From NCBI GenBank assembly GCA_964016885.1, contig OZ024745.1, forward strand, positions 1,364,001-1,428,000: a stretch of DNA of 64,000 nt, written 5' to 3'. The stretch's first letter is position 1, and each line of letters opens with the position of its first letter. The notes under the pieces are model-generated. The model had not been told where the DNA came from, made no database searches, and worked only from the letters and a program-made list of their open reading frames with translations. This document shows positions 40,054 to 52,587 of this stretch, piece after piece. The stretch is from Eledone cirrhosa. Lineage: Eukaryota. The position numbers and the translations under genes are program-made.

Positions 40054-41193
40054 CAGCTTGTACTGTAACTGGTGTATATATATATATATATATATAGTGC
40101 AGCTTGTACTGTAACTGGTGTATATATATATATATATATAGTGCAGCTTGTACTGTAACTGATGTATATATATATATATATATAGTGCAGCTTGTACTGT
40201 AACTGGTGTATATATATATATATATATATATATAGTGCAGCTTGTACTGTAACTGGTGTATATATATATATATAGTGCAGCTTGTACTGTAACTGGTGTA
40301 TATATATATATATAGTGCAGCTTGTACTGTAACTGGTGTATATATATATATATATATAGTGCAGCTTGTACTGTAACTGGTGTATATATATATATATATA
40401 TATAGTGCAGCTTGTACTGTAACTGGTGTATATATATATATATATATAGTGCAGCTTGTACTGTAACTGGTGTATATATATATATATATATATAGTGCAG
40501 CTTCTACTGTAACTGGTGTATATATATATATATAGTGCAGCTTGTACTGTAACTGGTGTATATATATATATATATATATATATAGTGCAGCTTGTACTGT
40601 AACTGGTGTATATATATATATATATATAGTGCAGCTTGTACTGTAACTGGTGTATATATATATATATATATATATAGTGCAGCTTCTACTGTAACTGGTG
40701 TATATATATATATATATATATAGTGCAGCTTGTACTGTAACTGGTGTATATATATATATATATATATATAGTGCAGCTTGTACTGTAACTGGTGTATATA
40801 TATATATATATATATATAGTGCAGCTTGTACTGTAACTGGTGTATATATATATATATAGTGCAGCTTGTACTGTAACTGGTGTATATATATATATATATA
40901 TATATAGTGCAGCTTCTACTGTAACTGGTGTATATATATATATATATATAGTGCAGCTTGTACTGTAACTGGTGTATATATATATATATATATAGTGCAG
41001 CTTGTACTGTAACTGGTGTATATATATATATATAGTGCAGCTTGTACTGTAACTGGTGTATATATATATATATATATATAGTGCAGCTTCTACTGTAACT
41101 GGTGTATATATATATATATATATAGTGCAGCTTGTACTGTAACTGGTGTATATATATATATATATATATATAGTGCAGCTTGTACTGTAACTG

Positions 41194-41235
<42 letters not shown>

Positions 41236-41341
41236 CAGCTTCTACTGTAACTGGTGTATATATATATATATATATAGTGCAGCTTGTACTGTAACTGGTG
41301 TATATATATATATATATATAGTGCAGCTTGTACTGTAACTG

Positions 41342-41375
<34 letters not shown>

Positions 41376-41885
41376 CAGCTTGTACTGTAACTGGTGTATA
41401 TATATATATATATATATATAGTGCAGCTTGTACTGTAACTGGTGTATATATATATATATATATAGTGCAGCTTGTACTGTAACTGGTGTATATATATATA
41501 TATATATATAGTGCAGCTTCTACTGTAACTGGTGTGTATATATATATATATATAGTGCAGCTTGTACTGTAACTGGTGTATATATATATATATATATAGT
41601 GCAGCTTGTACTGTAACTGGTGTATATATATATATATAGTGCAGCTTGTACTGTAACTGGTGTATATATATATATATATATATAGTGCAGCTTCTACTGT
41701 AACTGGTGTATATATATATATATATATAGTGCAGCTTGTACTGTAACTGGTGTATATATATATATATATATATATAGTGCAGCTTGTACTGTAACTGGTG
41801 TATATATATATATATATATATATAGTGCAGCTTGTACTGTAACTGGTGTATATATATATATATAGTGCAGCTTGTACTGTAACTG

Positions 41886-41927
<42 letters not shown>

Positions 41928-42033
41928 CAGCTTCTACTGTAACTGGTGTATATATATATATATATATAGTGCAGCTTGTACTGTAACTGGTGTATATATA
42001 TATATATATATAGTGCAGCTTGTACTGTAACTG

Positions 42034-42073
<40 letters not shown>

Positions 42074-42869
42074 CAGCTTGTACTGTAACTGGTGTATATA
42101 TATATATATATATATAGTGCAGCTTGTACTGTAACTGGTGTATATATATATATATAGTGCAGCTTGTACTGTAACTGGTGTATATATATATATATATATA
42201 TATAGTGCAGCTTCTACTGTAACTGGTGTGTATATATATATATATATAGTGCAGCTTCTACTGTAACTGGTGTATATATATATATATATATAGTGCAGCT
42301 TGTACTGTAACTGGTGTATATATATATATATATATAGTGCAGCTTCTACTGTAACTGGTGTGTATATATATATATATATATATATAGTGCAGCTTCTACT
42401 GTAACTGGTGTGTATATATATATATATATAGTGCAGCTTGTACTGTAACTGGTGTATATATATATATATATATATAGTGCAGCTTCTACTGTAACTGGTG
42501 TGTATATATATATATATATATATAGTGCAGCTTCTACTGTAACTGGTGTATATATATATATATATATAGTGCAGCTTGTACTGTAACTGGTGTATATATA
42601 TATATATATATAGTGCAGCTTCTACTGTAACTGGTGTGTATATATATATATATATATATAGTGCAGCTTCTACTGTAACTGGTGTATATATATATATATA
42701 TATATAGTGCAGCTTGTACTGTAACTGGTGTATATATATATATATATATAGTGCAGCTTCTACTGTAACTGGTGTGTATATATATATATATATATATAGT
42801 GCAGCTTCTACTGTAACTGGTGTATATATATATATATATATATATATAGTGCAGCTTGTACTGTAACTG

Positions 42870-42909
<40 letters not shown>

Positions 42910-42973
42910 CAGCTTGTACTGTAACTGGTGTATATATATATATATATATATAGTGCAGCTTGTACTGTAACTG

Positions 42974-43011
<38 letters not shown>

Positions 43012-43117
43012 CAGCTTCTACTGTAACTGGTGTATATATATATATATATAGTGCAGCTTGTACTGTAACTGGTGTATATATATATATATATATATAGTGC
43101 AGCTTGTACTGTAACTG

Positions 43118-43151
<34 letters not shown>

Positions 43152-43275
43152 CAGCTTGTACTGTAACTGGTGTATATATATATATATATATATAGTGCAG
43201 CTTGTACTGTAACTGGTGTATATATATATATATATATAGTGCAGCTTCTACTGTAACTGGTGTGTATATATATAT
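38570..43275. repeat. composite satellite: 24-bp core gtgcagctt(g/c)tactgtaactggtg + variable (TA)n, about 100 copies
   Basis: directly visible; the core equals the terminus of the flanking repeat element. Confidence 0.97.
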
Positions 43276-44037
43276 ATATACACATACATACACACACACA
43301 CATATATGTCAGTTGCAGTACCAGCTGCACTAATGTTGACCAACATCAGTGGCAGCAGTTTTTGTTACATAATCAGAAATCGATAATTATTCCCATAATT
43401 CTGCACGATTTTAAATTCATAAATTAACATAAATTAACATATTTCAATAGTTTTTCCAATGCGTATTTGAATAAGCCCCCCCCCCCCCCAAATACTTCTC
43501 ATCTCTAATGTAGTTCTACAACACTGAATATCTACCCTTGCATTTCTTACCCTCTCTCTTTCCCCCCACTTCCCCCCTCTCTCTCTCTATCTCTTTTTGT
43601 CTTCCCTTCTCTCTCTCTCTCTCTCTCTCTCTGTATGCTCCCTTTTTTCTGCCTCTTCCCCTCTCTCTCTGCCTCCCTCTCTCTCACTCTGTCTCATTTT
43701 CTCTCTACCTCCCCCCTCTGTCCCCTCCTCTCTCTGCCTCCCTTGTCTCTGTCTCTCCCCCTCTCTCCTATTTCACTCCTCCTACCCCCTCCACACTAAT
43801 ATTCCTCCTTCAGTCTTCAATAAATCTCATTGTCTCCCCCTTCATTGTTTTCCTTCTTTTTCTCCTCCTTCCGTTTCCTCTTTACCCCCCCCCCACCATT
43901 ATATTGATTATTCTAATCTACTTTTTCACTTAGTCACGTAACCTTTCTCTCTTCCTTTCCATCTCTCTTCCTTTCTTTCTTTCATTCTTTCTTTCTTCCT
44001 ATTTCTCTTTCTTTCTTTCTTTCTTCCTATCTCTATT

Positions 44038-44103
<66 letters not shown>

Positions 44104-44155
44104 TATCTCTCTTTTTTTTATCTATTTCTTTCTTTCTTTCTATCTCTCTTTCTTC

Positions 44156-44206
<51 letters not shown>

Positions 44207-44439
44207 TAGTTTGTTATTTATTTATAACTCATCTTTATTTGGACGTTTCTTTCTTCCTATCGTCTACGACCCCCCCGTCTGTTTTCCTTCCTTCCTTCCT
44301 TCCTTTATTCCTTCTTGCATTTTCTCCCCCCCCCCCTTTCCTTTTCTGTCGTCATTCATTTAACTCCAATTAATCTCCATTTTTCAACATTGACACAAGG
44401 TCATATCTTAGGAAGAACTACAATCAACTGAATGGAACC

Positions 44440-44500
<61 letters not shown>

Positions 44501-44539
44501 TACAAATATTAATAAAATAGATGTTCTTTTCATCAATTA

Positions 44540-44594
44540 CATTTTATTATACATATTTCGGAGGTACAACAGTACGTCCTCATCAGACAAAATA
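44540..44594 (-). ncRNA. type I hammerhead ribozyme motif
   Basis: minus: tattttgt CTGATGA ggacgtac tgtt gtacctcc GAAA tatgta TA ataaaatg. Confidence 0.8.
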
Positions 44595-44856
44595 TAATGA
44601 TACATGACATACCCTGAGATGTTAAATGGTTAAGATTTAATCAATTTAAATCTTAACCATTTAACATCTCAGGGTATGTCATGTATCATTATATTTGATG
44701 GTCCCGACAGGATGTGAAGACATTGAACCAAGTATTTATAGCAGCAGATATTTCAACATAGTAATGGCAGGATTGGAACTGAGAGGCTTTCATTTCACAA
44801 AAATGGTTTCTTTTCATGACCACATATTTCTTGTCTTGCTGACAGTAAAACATCTG

Positions 44857-44900
44857 TACTACCACTACTACTACTACTGCTGCTGCTACTGCTGCTGCTG

Positions 44901-44938
<38 letters not shown>

Positions 44939-45041
44939 GCTACTACTGCTGCTGCTACTGCTGCTGCTGCTACTACTACTACTGCTGCTGCTACTGCTGC
45001 TACTGCTGCTGCTGCTGCTGCTACTACTGCTGCTGCTACTG

Positions 45042-45082
<41 letters not shown>

Positions 45083-45095
45083 ACTACTATTGCTA

Positions 45096-45133
<38 letters not shown>

Positions 45134-45407
45134 ACTGCTACTACTACTACTGCTGCTGCTACTGCTACTACTACTACTGCTGCTGCTGCTACTGCTACTA
45201 CTACTACTGCTGCTGCTGCTGCTACTACTACTACTACTACTGCTGCTACTACTGCTGCTGCTGCTGCTGCTACTACTGCTACTACTACTGCTGCTGCTGC
45301 TACTACTACTACTACTACTGCTGCTGCTGCTACTACTATTGCTACTGCTGCTGCTGCTACTACTACTGCTACTACTGCTACTACTACTACTACTGCTGCT
45401 GCTGTTG

Positions 45408-45455
<48 letters not shown>
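44857..45455. repeat. mixed (CTA/CTG)n trinucleotide tract
   Basis: directly visible; abuts an RTE tail. Confidence 0.95.
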
Positions 45456-45458
<3 letters not shown>

Positions 45459-46070
45459 CTTCTTTGCCCACTTATTCCTGAGAAGGCCGTGGTGGCAGAG
45501 TCCTCAAACACTCCTTCCAGCAGGTCCTGTCAGAAGGAACCGTCTCCAACTGATCTGGCTGGATCCCCAAGCAAGACCAACCAAGCTCATGGATGTTATC
45601 CAACCATCTTTCTCGGGGTTTACCTCTGGGTCTCCAGCCGGTTGGTTTTGCCCATAAAACATGTCCAGTGATTCTTTCCTGAAATATTCTAACCTCATGC
45701 CCATAGTATCGGAGCTGTGATCTCTCCGGAGAAGTAGCGGCTCTACCTGGAGTGACTCTTTGATTTACGAGAGGGGATGGAGGCTTATTGATACGGTCAC
45801 CAGATATGTTGTAATCTAAGCAGGCTCCTATCTTCAGTTCAGTATTCGTGCCAACCCTCACCTATGGTCATGAATCTTGGGTAATGACCGAAAGAATACA
45901 AGCGGCCGAAATGGGATCCTCCGAGATGTTTTTGGAGTCATGTTACACGATAGAGTGCATAGGTCGGAGATGAGTGAGTCACTCCAGGTAGAGCTGCGAC
46001 TTCTCCGAATTGAGAGATCACAGCTCCCATACTTTGGGCATGTGGTTAGAATGTCTCAGGAAAGAATTTC
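45455..46070. mobile_element. RTE second-family fragments (45455-45760 minus; 45825-46070 plus)
   Basis: RSQLRYYGH..RI.QERI...KPTG.RPRG...WLDNI; LTYGHESW. Confidence 0.8.
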
Positions 46071-46612
46071 AGAGCTCTAGCATCACTCCTTCATAATCAG
46101 TCTATGAACCTTTCAGCCTACTCTCGTATATCCCTGTCACAATCAACACAAGTGAAATTATGAAATTCTTCATTATATAATTTAGTATTACTCCATTACA
46201 TGTTCCAACCCTGAGAGGATGAGGCCATACTGGGGCATCACCATTAGTGTATGTTTACTTTTTTTAACTAATCAGTCGTACCAATGTCCCCCTCCCCATC
46301 AAATTAACTTAAAATCTTTAGTTTCTTCACTCGACTTTCATCTCTGTTAAAATAATTAATTGGTTAGAAATAACCCGGTTTTATAGCCCGGTTTGGGTCA
46401 TAACTAACTATTGATTTCTAACATTTGCACAATAGAGGAAGGAACAGTCGATTATATCAACTCACTGCTTCAATGGTACTTTTAATTTATCGATCTTGTA
46501 ATGATGATGAGCATAACTGATTTCTGCGGGATTTCAACTCGTGAAAGCCTGTAACTAAGTATTGCAAAACCTTTCGTTCGGTCCTCATGTAGTTCCATAA
46601 CTACCCTTTAAA

Positions 46613-47092
46613 TAATGATTTCTGATTTAGACACAATGTTAACAATTTGGGGGAGGAGAAAGTTGATTAAATGGACTCCAGTGTATTACTGGTACTTTAT
46701 TTTATCGACCTCGTAAGGATGAAAGGCAAACCTAACCTCAGCGGGATTTGAACTCAGAATGTCTTCCTAGCCGCTCACTCTGTTACAGACTGTGCATCAA
46801 CATGAGATATTCTTCTCCACAAAGTTTGATCACCAACAGCAGAGTTTCAAGAGCAATAGTGAAGTCCAGTCCATAAGTTGACATTATGAAGCCAATGTAT
46901 TGGCTGCCAACCTCTGCTTCCCTTCCCAGCTAACTTTCCTTCTGGGCCTAACTTACACTACGGGTTGATCTTTTCATATCACCATACAGTTTAAGTATTC
47001 GTGACTTTACTCACAATGTAAAGGGCAGTAACTCTATGTCACAAAGCATGTTGTCCGACACTCTACCGATTCTACTGCTAAACCACCGTCTT
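46613..47092 (-). mobile_element. Nin-domain-like SINE interrupted by an insertion of about 245 bp
   Basis: SINE halves at 46613-46762 and 47009-47092 with duplicated actca(g/c)aatgt. Confidence 0.65.
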
Positions 47093-47194
47093 TACTCTTT
47101 TTATAATGGCTTCTAGCTTCCTATAACAACTCTATCAATAACAACTCTATCAATCCCCTAGACTTTTATTAATGGTTTGTATCTGTCTGTCAGA

Positions 47195-47234
<40 letters not shown>

Positions 47235-47582
47235 CAAATTTATACGGGAACAAAACAGAGAGGCAGACAAATAAAGGTTTATTAGGGGGGGCTCGAAGCG
47301 GGGAAGGCTGAAGGTGGTGTTTGTGTATGTGTGTAGGTGTACGTGAGTGTGTGCGTGTGTATGTGTGTAGGTGTACGTGAGTGTGTGCGTGTGTATGTGT
47401 GTAGGTGTACGTGAGTGTGTGCGTGTGTATGTGAGAGTTTGAGGAAGAACGAGGTTCCATGTTCAGGAAAAGGTGTGTGCGTGGGGTAGGGTGTAAGTCA
47501 GTGTGTGCGTGCATGTGGAAGGAGAGGGGTTAGAGGGTGGGGGAGGTGGCGTGTGGATTCCGGAGGTTATATATATATATAC

Positions 47583-47840
47583 AATGATATTAAATAAATG
47601 AAAACTATATTTATAAAACAATATTTATAAAACAAACTAACTTTGTATTTTATCTGATGAGAGCGTACCAAAGTTTGGGTACCCTTGAAATATATATAAT
47701 AGAATAAATATGGTTTTATAAATATAGTTTCCATTTATTTAATATCATTGAATATTATACTCCAAAATCTGTCGAGTGCTTCGAATCAGTTATAAACATT
47801 TATATTTGTTGAATTACCAACAAATTAAATATCCCTTTTG

Positions 47841-47845
<5 letters not shown>
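47583..47845 (+). mobile_element. short Penelope-like/retrozyme element in (TA)n, same family as 9372-12428
   Basis: 3' tail homologous to the reverse complement of 9372-9500; short inverted 5' copy; contains a hammerhead. Confidence 0.75.
47646..47706 (+). ncRNA. type I hammerhead ribozyme motif
   Basis: tattttat CTGATGA gagcgtacc..ggtaccctt GAAA tatata TA atagaata. Confidence 0.8.
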
Positions 47846-47895
<50 letters not shown>

Positions 47896-48365
47896 CGAAA
47901 GAAGTGTGGTAAGGAACCAGGTGGACCATAACACACCAGAGTACTCAATACTTAGCGTAGTAGAGTGGGTAATAGGAAAAGAGTCAGGACTCTTTCCTAT
48001 ATATTAATACATGTGTGTGCGTGTGTGTTTGCGTGCGTTTATGTGTGTGTGTGTTTGCGTGCGTCTATGTGTATGTATCAATTTGAATTCATATTCAGAA
48101 TAAGGCGTTTTTATATCCTAAACGGACGGTAGTCCGTTTAGTAATATTGTTGTGGTCGTGTTTTCGTTGGCAATCGTCTGTTTACGACAGTACAGCGCGG
48201 CTCTACTTTATGTAACTGAGATAAAACTTATATGAGCATGAACAGTAGATCATTACGCATCTTTTGGCTTAAAAATCTAGAAATTTGGTCCAGCGGGAAA
48301 AAGTTTATAATCAAAGTTTGCTGATAAATCTTGTGTTCAAGTGAGTTAGTAGTAAGCGTGACGCT

Positions 48366-48494
48366 AGGGGAGGTAATCCAGAAATGACGAATTTTTTTAG
48401 GCGGAACTCTTGTGATTGTGATTACGTTAGTCAAATGTAGTCAAATCGCCGAACCCCCTCCTCCTCATTGACTACGTCATTTCTGAACGGCCCT
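48366..48494. mobile_element. PIF/Harbinger-like MITE
   Basis: imperfect TIRs agggg..cagaaatgacg / cgtcatttctgaacggccct. Confidence 0.5.
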
Positions 48495-49139
48495 ACTTGC
48501 GTCAGTGTGAAACATTACTTCACTTTTCACTGCTAAAATGCTTTTTAAATACTTCGTTAAAAATTTATGTTTATTATCAAAGCTATTTTTTGTACCAATC
48601 TATCAATAGTTTGCGAAAATATAGGTAAACATGTGAGTTAAATTTTTTTTAATCGCATCGATCGCTTTGTCGCACCGACCGTGACACTGTCTGACTGTCT
48701 GTCTGACTGACACCTTTGTCGGACCGACACCTTTGTTCAAGCGGACAACTTTGTTCGTGCCGGCATCTCTGCGAAACACCGATGACAACAACCAGACCAA
48801 AATTTCACTTCATTCTTCATTCTTCTTCAAGACCGATCGCCGACCGATCGTATCGGTTGCTCTTCATATACCAGGTATTCAACAGATAGTTTGCACTTCT
48901 AGTATTATTAACAGTCGTGCGATTTTTTGTACCGATAGGTGCGAATAGTGCGATAGGTACGAATAGTGTACAATATTTTCTGAGATTTGCATCCACTAAT
49001 TTTGCTTAATTAAAAATGATGTTTCGCGGCTTTTTGATCGGCTTATTCATTTTTTCCATGGCACGGAAATGGAGTATTTCCATTTCGAATCAAAAATTTT
49101 CACTAAAATCGGGCAATTGGACTGATCAAATTCACATTC

Positions 49140-49811
49140 ATGCCAGTTTTTACAAATCCATAATTAGAAATGTGGCGAAATCGAATGACCAGAAGGTATA
49201 AAAATATTAATTCAAATGTATTTACTTATCATACCAACAAAAATACTTATATATTTTGTATACCTGGGGCCCGTCAGGGCCAGGTAATGTTAATCGCCAA
49301 CATTGTTATCTGTTGTCCTTTTGTGAAAGTATTGGTGGTTCATGTCGGCTCTAATGATCTGAATCCTCGTCGCACCGTTGGCACTACAAAGCTGTGCAAA
49401 GTAATACAATAATTTCTGCCCAAGTATTTTTTATTAATCATTTATTTGTAAATTAAGGACAAAGTGCCCATTCGAGGCACAAAACCGGAAAAACAGGGGA
49501 AGAGTCTCTTTGCAAGGCTACAGAAAATAGCGGAAAAGCACCACTGTACACCCATTTTCTACAGTGGTGTCATTCCACGTCCACAAAGTGTAATTGAAAA
49601 TAAAAATGACTTGGGCAAGAGAAATTCTCGTTTGGAAAAGTTTAATTACTGCATGAAAGAAATGATTCAAAAATTGAACTTGCCCAATCTTCACAACATT
49701 GAAAATTGGTCAAAATTTGACAAATCTGACTTCAAACCAGATACTATTCATTTGAACAATGTTGGAAATCTTAAATTGACACAAATTTTTGCCAATGTTT
49801 TTGCCACCTGA
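49140..49811 (+). pseudogene. SGNH/GDSL hydrolase (esterase)-like gene, probably element-borne and disrupted
   Basis: motifs (K)SIIRNV, CIPGAR, VVHVGSNDL, FYSGVIPR, DTIHLN in SGNH block order; phase-0 GT-AG intron 49401-49457 joins the two ORFs; block I is out of frame. Confidence 0.7.
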
Positions 49812-49991
49812 TCCTTGTTCTATGGCTGACTGAATAATTTTGTGACTTAATAAAATGTCATCATACTAGTAATGCACAATGGTCATTTTTAAATTTAAAT
49901 TTTATTAAATAGTTGTTGCTTGCATTGCCTTAAAATAGTAACAAGAATGTACACATACTTTTTAAAAATACATCATTGTCAGTCAAATCAG

Positions 49992-50351
49992 TCAAATGTC
50001 ACTAAAAGCCAGGTGGTCGATAACAACTTCTATAAGATTAGTTACATGCTCACACATTGGATCACCTCTCATCAATGGCATTGGGTGTCTGAGATAATCG
50101 TGGAGATAACTGATGAAGTCACAAATGAAGTGATGGTCTTCCAGTGTGAACAATTCCCTATATCCATTGATATATGTGATGGCTTCCGATTCATAGGTGC
50201 ATTTTATGAGGAATTCCATGCATCCGATTTTCAGTGATTCAATGGGCATTTTATCAGAGATGATAAGGTATTTGACCACGTTTTGCTTTGTAAGTAAATT
50301 GGAGAGAATCACTGCAGTCAAAGTCATTTCTTTGCATGGGTTTTTGTCCAT
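49992..50351 (-). CDS. 119-aa ORF with a BACK/BTB-C-terminal-like helical motif
   Basis: SNLLTKQNVVKYLIISDKMPIESLKIGCMEFL resembles the SPOP-type SNLSVENAAEILILAD...LK..AVDFI; complex composition; preceded by a possible ttttag acceptor. Confidence 0.4.
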   Translation of the reverse strand: MDKNPCKEMTLTAVILSNLLTKQNVVKYLIISDKMPIESLKIGCMEFLIKCTYESEAITYINGYRELFTLEDHHFICDFISYLHDYLRHPMPLMRGDPMCEHVTNLIEVVIDHLAFSDI

Positions 50352-50624
50352 TCTAAAAAGTTAAAATGATAAAGTATTACTACTATATAACTTACATCTA
50401 TTGTTGTAACACCATTGAAATGCACAAGTTTCACCAATTCACTATTATGCACTAATCATCTCAAATGCATTCATGATTTACTAGCTTTGTCAATAAGCCA
50501 GTTGCCTCAACTAGATTGCAATTATACTCAAAAGAACTTTAAAATGTCAATCACTTGTCAGTAATTCACTATGATCATTTAATTATTAGATAGTTGTTGC
50601 TTGCATTGCCTTAAAAAATAGTAG

Positions 50625-51673
50625 ACCAGATAGAAAAATGCGTACAGCAAAAAAAAGTAATATTGTTGGAATATAAACCTTTAAAAATACAGGACAAGAA
50701 ACTAAAATAAAACTTTAAAAGAATAGGACAAGAAACTAAGATAAAACTTTAAAGAATTGGACAAGAAATAAAAAAATTTACAATAATATTAGTGGCAAAA
50801 TTTTTTTATTCGTTTCCTGTGCTATGCCCCAGTATCTTCTTGATTAGTGCATAATAATTGTCATGCTCTCATTGTGCGTTGCCCCTGAGCGGTTGGTTCT
50901 GGTTGGGGTTGGTTGGCTGAGCAGTTCTGCTCCGTCAGAATGACCATTGCCAGAAGAATTGGCCGATGCAGCTGCAGGTCTCCTCCAAGAATGCACTTCT
51001 GGTCCCGCAACACCAGACGAAGATGGAGAAGACGACCGGGACAAGATGTCGACTCTGACCACCTCCCTCAACCACCGGTCCTCCCTCCCTCTGTCCCGTC
51101 ATCCCTCCAGTCCTCCTGCTCCCCCTTCCTGTACCAGAAAGCTGTGGCACGCATTCATCTGGACTGCCGGACTTGAACTCAAGGACAAGATGCAAGGAGA
51201 AGATGGACGGGTTGGTCAAGATCAAGGATGAGGGGGACGACAAGACCGTCCGCTGCTGCTCAAGATCTGTGCTCATGGGCCCATGGGTCCATTCACATTA
51301 TGCATGACACATGAGGCGTGTCGCCGAATGATGAAATAGGGGTATGGTTATGGCCCAATTGGTGTTCAAACCAGGATCAAATGATCCCCCCGGTCTGACG
51401 ACGACCTCTGAATGTGGAACTCAGAGCCTATGAATGTGGAACTCGATTTTTTACCCATAAAAATTTTGCCACTAATATTATTGTAAAATTTTTTATTTCT
51501 TGTCCAATTCTTTAAAGTTTTATCTTAGTTTCTTTTCCTATTCTTTTAAAGTTTTATCTTAGTTTCTTGTCCTATTCTTTTAAAGTTTTATTTTAGTTTC
51601 TTGTCCTGTATTTTTAAAGGTTTATATTCCAACAATATTACTTTTTTTTGCTGTACGCATTTTTCTATCTGGT
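50625..51673. mobile_element. TIR-bounded insert (TIRs 50625-50805 / 51457-51673 with about 31-bp subrepeats) around a GC-rich core
   Basis: accagatagaaaaatgcgtacagc... and its exact reverse complement. Confidence 0.75.
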
Positions 51674-51996
51674 TAAAAAAAAAGGATTTTACTGGGTTTT
51701 CAAATCTAAATTTTCGGTCCAATGTCTTCAAAGTAGTTGAATTTGATACAAATTAAACATCCCAACTTCATAGATATAGGTTTACAGGACAACTGGTATA
51801 ATGACGAGAAACATACCTCTAGCACCCAACACTGAGGCGTGCTAAAGGCATGTCTCTTGCCCATAGCTTTTGTATCAAATTTAGTATAGAAAACTAAAAG
51901 GCATTGTTCAAAGTTTCTAGGATTCATTTTAGATTTTATTCAGATTCATAACAATGCCTTCAAATACATTGAAAATAATGCATGCATGCATATATG

Positions 51997-52516
51997 TTTT
52001 CTCTTTCTCGTAATTTCGAGTATATTTTTTGACCGGCCACCTTCCTGGTGGCAAGGTTGTAAAAGAAAAGAAATTGTCATCCCTTGAATCGCAAGAATGT
52101 TTTGCAAACTTTGAAGGTGCCAGCTATCGCAGCCATTTGCAGACTATGAATTAGGGAGCTGCGCTCTTTGTCCGCAAATCCAAGTTCAGTTATACATTGG
52201 TCCAAGCGGGTTGGTATATAACCCGTAGTTCCAATAATGATGGGTATGAAGCTAAAGGTGTATCTTGGATACTGGATTTGTAAACTCCTCATCAATGGTC
52301 CGTAGATGTCCTCCTTCTCCTGTATTTTTCTGACAATGTTTACATCAAGTGGGCAGCTGATCTCCACAACAGAACACGTTTTCAATGTGTGGTCCCAAAC
52401 AACAATATTAGTCCGGTTGTGCTTAAATTTGGTGGCAGTTTTTATTTTCAGGTTTCACCAGTATTCCTTAGTGCCATCTGTCTCAATATATTCTTCCTCG
52501 TTTGTTGTTAATTTTT
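51997..52516 (-). mobile_element. R4/Dong-like LINE 3' fragment
   Basis: ORF 52077-52385 VVEISCPLD..EKEDIY...FLRFKG. Confidence 0.85.
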
Positions 52517-52587
52517 TTTCCGAAGTGCGTTCCAGATGTATGTATGTGTATATGTGTGTATGTATGTGTGTATGTATGTGTGTATGT

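Noticed and set aside
38570-43275. CRISPR-like repeat/spacer pattern (also 18860-23574)
   Set aside because: Spacers are only (TA)n or (GT)n, the context is eukaryotic, and there are no cas genes.
41090-43330. 746-aa ORF
   Set aside because: Stop-free reading of the TA-rich satellite.
44689-45671. poly-Ser/Ala/Cys-Tyr/Leu ORFs
   Set aside because: Trinucleotide repeat; the unique parts are RTE remnants.
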